Shown: piece after piece, positions 59,822 to 64,000 of the stretch
Numbering within the stretch: the stretch's first letter is position 1
Layout: every line of letters begins with the position of its first letter
DNA from: an uncultured Nitrospiraceae bacterium
GTDB taxonomy: Bacteria; Nitrospirota; Thermodesulfovibrionia; Thermodesulfovibrionales; Dissulfurispiraceae
Length of the DNA stretch: 64,000 bases
NCBI GenBank assembly: GCA_963705105.1
Contig: CAVPIW010000012.1
Span: forward strand, 160,001-224,000
Direction: 5' to 3'
Translations under genes and position numbers: made by a program
The notes under the pieces: model-generated
Database searches by the model: none
What the model saw: only the letters and a program-made list of their open reading frames with translations
Told to the model about the DNA's origin: nothing

Positions 59822-59991
59822 CGGGAAGGCAGATATGGCTCACAGTCTTTCCAATGCGATGATGAGGCATCTCAAGGTGTTCAGGGCCTGTTGCCTGACG
59901 GGCTTCTCGTATCTGTAGACACGCCAAAGGGTGGTCCGGGGATACACAGGGTATCTTAGCGGAAAGGCTTTTCGCCACATCAGACTTCCCG
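59822..59991 (-). repeat. Family B full copy
   Basis: Reverse-complement match to 41854-42031 including both TIRs. Confidence 0.88.
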
Positions 59992-60079
59992 GTTGAGCGT
60001 TCATGCCCTGGGTCCGATTTTTGACTGCCGACTCTCCCTGTATGACTGCCGTCTGTTGGCATCTTTCTCCTGCCGTTTC

Positions 60080-61306
60080 CTATGGTTTCCGCAATGTCAC
60101 GGTTGAAGCCGACCGGTGAAAGGTGCGGCCGAAGATCAGCGTCCCCATGATGCAGATGACCGAGAAGACCTGGAGAGACGCGATCGTGCCGAACCGGTCC
60201 GCCGCCAGTCCGATGATCGAATTTCCGAGGGGGGCGAACCCCAGGAACACGAGCGTGAAGACGCTCATCACCCGTCCCCTCAGGGCGTCGGGGGCGGAGT
60301 GCTGGATGAAGCTGTTGCTCATGGCAAGGAAACTGACGATGCCCCAACCGGCAAAGAAGGCGATAGCGAGGGAGAGGGAAAAGTTCCGGGAATAGGCGAT
60401 CCCGAGTATCGCCAGGGAGAAAACGGTCCCCGAGAAGGGGATGAAGAGCTCCCGGCGCGGGATCTCGCCCTTGTATGCGATGTGGAAGGCCGCCAGGAAT
60501 GACCCCAGCCCCGAGGCGGCGATGAGGAAGCTCAGTCCCCGGGCGCCGACGTCGAGCACCTCTCCTGCAATGATGGGCAGAAGGGTAATGTAGGGGATGC
60601 CGAAGAGACTGTACAGGGAGATGATCACCATCAGCCAGAAGACGGGCCTGTCGTTGATCATGTAACGCAGACCGTCGGCGATGTCCGTCCCGATGCCCTG
60701 TCCGTCCGCGGATTTCTCGCCTCTTGCGCTGATCCTCGTGAGAGCGAAGAGCACGGCGGCGAAACTCAGGGCATTGAGATAAAAACAGAGGGGCAGGCCG
60801 ACGCCGGCGATGACGAGACCGGCGATCATGGGCCCGATGATCCTCGCCCCGTTGAAGGCCATGGAATTGAGGGCGATGGCGTTCGTCAGGGAATCCCTTC
60901 CGGCGACTTCACCGATGAAGGCCTGTCGCGTCGGAATATCGAAGGCGTTCACCGTGCCGAGGAAGGCGGCCGTGATGCCCACGTGCCAGATCCTGATCAT
61001 GCCGGAATCGGTGAGTATGCCGAGAAAAAGGGCGGGAATTATCGAGAGGAACTGGGTGATGATGAGGATGTTCCGTTTCGGGTAGCGGTCGGCGACGATG
61101 CCGCCGATGAGGGTGAAAAGGAGGATGGGCAGGGACGAGAGGGACGCGATGATGCCGAGCCAGAGGGGCGATTTCGTCAGGGAATAAACGAGCCAACTCT
61201 GCGCAACGGAATGCATCCATGTCCCGGAGAGGGAGATGATCTGACCGAGCCAGAAGAGCCTGAAATCCTTGACATAGAGAGCTGAAAACCGGTTCCCTTT
61301 TTCCAT
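60080..61306 (-). CDS. MFS transporter
   Basis: FRLFWLGQIISLSGTWM, GGIVADRYPKR, LRGRVMSV; 12 TM segments. Confidence 0.93.
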   Translation of the reverse strand: MEKGNRFSALYVKDFRLFWLGQIISLSGTWMHSVAQSWLVYSLTKSPLWLGIIASLSSLPILLFTLIGGIVADRYPKRNILIITQFLSIIPALFLGILTDSGMIRIWHVGITAAFLGTVNAFDIPTRQAFIGEVAGRDSLTNAIALNSMAFNGARIIGPMIAGLVIAGVGLPLCFYLNALSFAAVLFALTRISARGEKSADGQGIGTDIADGLRYMINDRPVFWLMVIISLYSLFGIPYITLLPIIAGEVLDVGARGLSFLIAASGLGSFLAAFHIAYKGEIPRRELFIPFSGTVFSLAILGIAYSRNFSLSLAIAFFAGWGIVSFLAMSNSFIQHSAPDALRGRVMSVFTLVFLGFAPLGNSIIGLAADRFGTIASLQVFSVICIMGTLIFGRTFHRSASTVTLRKP

Positions 61307-61364
61307 GTGGTATGATATACAGTCAGGCTTCGAAGGGTTGCGGATCCGTAAAATACCTGATTAG

Positions 61365-61575
61365 TACCTTGCAATTGCATGCAAAGGCGGAACAAAGTGC
61401 CTCAAAGCCTTGCTGATAGCGAGGAGGATCATTTTAAACTGGATATTCGGGATCCCATCTTGTGTGTCATTAACCGCCGGCCTGACATAATCCTCACGGG
61501 AAGGCAGAGGTTTCGCAGCACCAAGGATTTTCGGCATCTTCGCCCCGCCTTTCCGGAGGTACTATTGCGGTAGTA
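61365..61575 (-). repeat. Family A full copy, diverged
   Basis: TACCTTGCAATTGCATGCAAAGGCGG...TTTTCGGCATCTTCGCCCCGCCTTTCCGG. Confidence 0.75.
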
Positions 61576-61593
61576 TACCTCATTTGTGACATT

Positions 61594-62520
61594 ATGCTGA
61601 AATCAAAGCTTTCCATCATGGTGATGACCCTGGCGGTCCTTGCCGCAGCGATGTTCCTGCCGGCGCCGGTTTCATCAGGTCAGGGACCGATCTCCGTCGT
61701 CGTGTCGATCCATCCCGTGGCGGACCTTGTGAAGCAGGTGGGACGGGAGCGCGTGACGGTCAGGACTTTTCTGCCTCCCGGCGCGTCTCCGCACGTGTTC
61801 GATCCCACGGCGAAACAGATGGTCGAGCTTTCGTCGGCACGGGCCTTTATAAAGGTCGGCGCCGGCCTCGAATTCTGGGCCGACCGTTTCGTCCGTGCCG
61901 TCGACAACAGGAACCTCCTCGTCGTCGATCTCTCGAAGGACATGCAGCTCATCGAATCCGGCCACGATCACGGGAGGGAGGGCAAGGGGGACCACGGCCG
62001 CCACGGCAGGACCGATCCCCATTTCTGGCTCGATCCGGTCATGGCGCAGCGGATCATTGACAGGATCGTCACCGTTCTGTCCGACCTCGATCCGGCCGGC
62101 AGGGAATTCTATCGGAAGAACGGCGACGCCGCGAAGGCGGGCATCGCGCAGCTCCATCAGGAGATGACCGAAAGGACGGGGAAATTCAGGATCAGGGAGT
62201 ATGTGACTTTTCACCCTGCCTGGAACTATTTTTCACAGCGCTACGGCCTCAGGATTATCGGCGTTATAGAGGAGTCGCCCGGAAAGGAGCCGACGGCGCG
62301 CCACATCGCCCGGATCGTCAAAGACCTGAAGCGCCTGGGTGCGCGCGTCGTTTTCGCCGAGCCCCAGTTCAATCCTGCCGTTGCCGAGGCGATCGCCCGC
62401 GAGGCGGGAGCCCGGGTGCTCTTCCTCGATCCCATCGGCGGGCCGAACCTGCCCGACAGGGACACGTACGTCAAACTTATACGGTATAACCTCTCCCAGA
62501 TGGAGAGGGCGATGAAGTGA
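61594..62520 (+). CDS. znuA: Zn/Mn ABC transporter substrate-binding protein
   Basis: SPHVFDP, His-rich loop, DPHFWLDP, FHPAW. Confidence 0.9.
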   Translation: MLKSKLSIMVMTLAVLAAAMFLPAPVSSGQGPISVVVSIHPVADLVKQVGRERVTVRTFLPPGASPHVFDPTAKQMVELSSARAFIKVGAGLEFWADRFVRAVDNRNLLVVDLSKDMQLIESGHDHGREGKGDHGRHGRTDPHFWLDPVMAQRIIDRIVTVLSDLDPAGREFYRKNGDAAKAGIAQLHQEMTERTGKFRIREYVTFHPAWNYFSQRYGLRIIGVIEESPGKEPTARHIARIVKDLKRLGARVVFAEPQFNPAVAEAIAREAGARVLFLDPIGGPNLPDRDTYVKLIRYNLSQMERAMK

Positions 62521-63302
62521 AAGCCGTCGAGATCGATCACCTTTCCGTCTCCATCGGGGGCAGGGAGGTCCTGCGGGACATCGACCTGTCCCTCGATGAA
62601 GGGACCTTTCTCGGGATTGTGGGGCCCAATGCCGGCGGGAAAACGACCCTCCTCAGGGCGATTGTCGGGATCGTCAGGCCAACGGCCGGCTCTGTGAAGG
62701 TCTTCGGGCTCCAACCTGCTGAGGCTGTGAAACGTCACCTCTTCGGGTATCTGCCGCAGGTGCACAAGATCGAGCCCCATTTCCCCGCCAGGGCCGTCGA
62801 CGTGGTGCTCATGGGGCTCTACGGCAGGCTCGGGCTTTTCCGCTGGCCGTCGAAGACGGACAGGAAAGCCGCCTACGAGGCCCTCGATGTCATGGGCATG
62901 ACGGGTTTCGAGGAGGAGGCCTTCGGCAGCCTCTCGGGAGGCCAGCAGCAGCGGGTCTCGATCGCCCGGGCCCTCATGAACAACCCGAAAATCCTCATTC
63001 TCGACGAGCCGAGCACGGGGATCGATGTGGTCGGACAGGAGGATTTCTACCATCTGCTCAAGGGACTGCAGCGGAAACTCGGACTCACCATCATCATGGT
63101 CTCCCACGATATCGGCGCCGTTTCCTCGTATGTCGACGAGATCGCCTGCCTGAACAAGGCGATGAACTATCACGGCAATCCTGTCGGTGCGCTCAGTGAC
63201 GATGTGCTGAAAAAGCTCTACGGCAAAAGCGTCGACATCATGATGCACGCCGAGTTCTGCGAAAAATGCGAGCGCCTTCACAGCGAGAGGCGGAATGCCT
63301 GA
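62517..63302 (+). CDS. znuC: Zn/Mn ABC transporter ATP-binding protein
   Basis: GPNAGGKTT, LSGGQQQR, ILDEP. Confidence 0.9.
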   Translation: MKAVEIDHLSVSIGGREVLRDIDLSLDEGTFLGIVGPNAGGKTTLLRAIVGIVRPTAGSVKVFGLQPAEAVKRHLFGYLPQVHKIEPHFPARAVDVVLMGLYGRLGLFRWPSKTDRKAAYEALDVMGMTGFEEEAFGSLSGGQQQRVSIARALMNNPKILILDEPSTGIDVVGQEDFYHLLKGLQRKLGLTIIMVSHDIGAVSSYVDEIACLNKAMNYHGNPVGALSDDVLKKLYGKSVDIMMHAEFCEKCERLHSERRNA

Positions 63303-64000
63303 GATCCTGTCTTACGGATTCATGCAGCGCGCCCTTTTGACGGGAACGGTGCTGGCCCTTTTTTCGGGAATCATCTCCGTCTTCATCGTCCTCCGTCGGA
63401 TTTCCTTTCTCGGGTCGGGCCTTTCCCACGCCGCATTCGGCGGTGTGGCCATCGGCTTTTACTTCGGCGTGAATCCCCTCATGACGGCCTTCCTCTATTC
63501 CGTTGTCGTCGCCTTCGGCATCGAAGGGATCAGCTCGCGGGGAAGGCTCGCCGAAGATACGGCGATCGGGATACTCTTCGCCTTTTCCATGGCCCTCGGC
63601 GTCGTCCTCATCGGCCTTGCCGAGAGCTACACCATCGATCTGTACGGCTACCTCTTCGGCAGCATCTTGGCCATCACCGACGAAGACGCCTTCATCGCCG
63701 CCGGGCTCTCACTATCCCTGACGGCTGCTGTGCTCCTCATCATGAAGGAACTCCACTTCATTACCTTCAGCGAAGAACTTGCCGCTGTGAGCGGCATCAG
63801 GGTGAGGCTCGTCAAGTCCGTCTTTCTCGTCTCCATGGCCGTTGCGATCGTCGTCGGCATCAAGCTCGTCGGGATTATCCTCATTTCCGCCCTTCTCGTG
63901 ATACCCGGCGCCATGGCCCATCAGTTGACGAGGGATTTCCGCACCATGATCGCCCTTTCCTGTCTCGTGGCTTTGTTTTCAACGATTTTCGGGATCATGA
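63295..64000 (+). CDS. znuB: Zn/Mn ABC transporter permease (truncated by window end)
   Basis: FMQRALL, GLSHAAFGG, YLFGSILAI, GIILISALLVIP. Confidence 0.9.
   Translation, partial: MPEILSYGFMQRALLTGTVLALFSGIISVFIVLRRISFLGSGLSHAAFGGVAIGFYFGVNPLMTAFLYSVVVAFGIEGISSRGRLAEDTAIGILFAFSMALGVVLIGLAESYTIDLYGYLFGSILAITDEDAFIAAGLSLSLTAAVLLIMKELHFITFSEELAAVSGIRVRLVKSVFLVSMAVAIVVGIKLVGIILISALLVIPGAMAHQLTRDFRTMIALSCLVALFSTIFGIM

Overview
Bacterial chromosomal window with a GC-rich backbone. The gene content (ilvC-psd-pssA-leuA-gpsA-larB, AOR, NrfD/cytochrome c complexes) suggests an anaerobic Nitrospirota or deltaproteobacterium-like organism; this is an inference. Positions 1-11.6 kb are a complete integron: intI on the + strand and an AT-richer cassette array on the - strand with 7 clear attC sites and 1 degenerate one. 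One cassette gene is split by a pile of IS3/IS256 elements, and this left end is full of indels that look like read or assembly error. The rest is housekeeping and anaerobic-redox genes plus tRNA-Val(GAC) with an integrase remnant. Three things are not visible in the ORF track: (1) an SbtA-type RiPP precursor at 26078-26380 (-) with two internal in-frame UGA codons in repeated QSG-U-G cores and a terminal UGA-UAG, each UGA followed by a SECIS-like hairpin, directly upstream of a radical SAM/SPASM maturase (SbtM-type); (2) a possible second selenoprotein, an FmdB-family protein with a U-G-P-A-C tail; (3) dense, modular families of intergenic inverted-repeat elements (about 14 copies of family A, 4 of family B, plus C modules) that I cannot assign to a named family.
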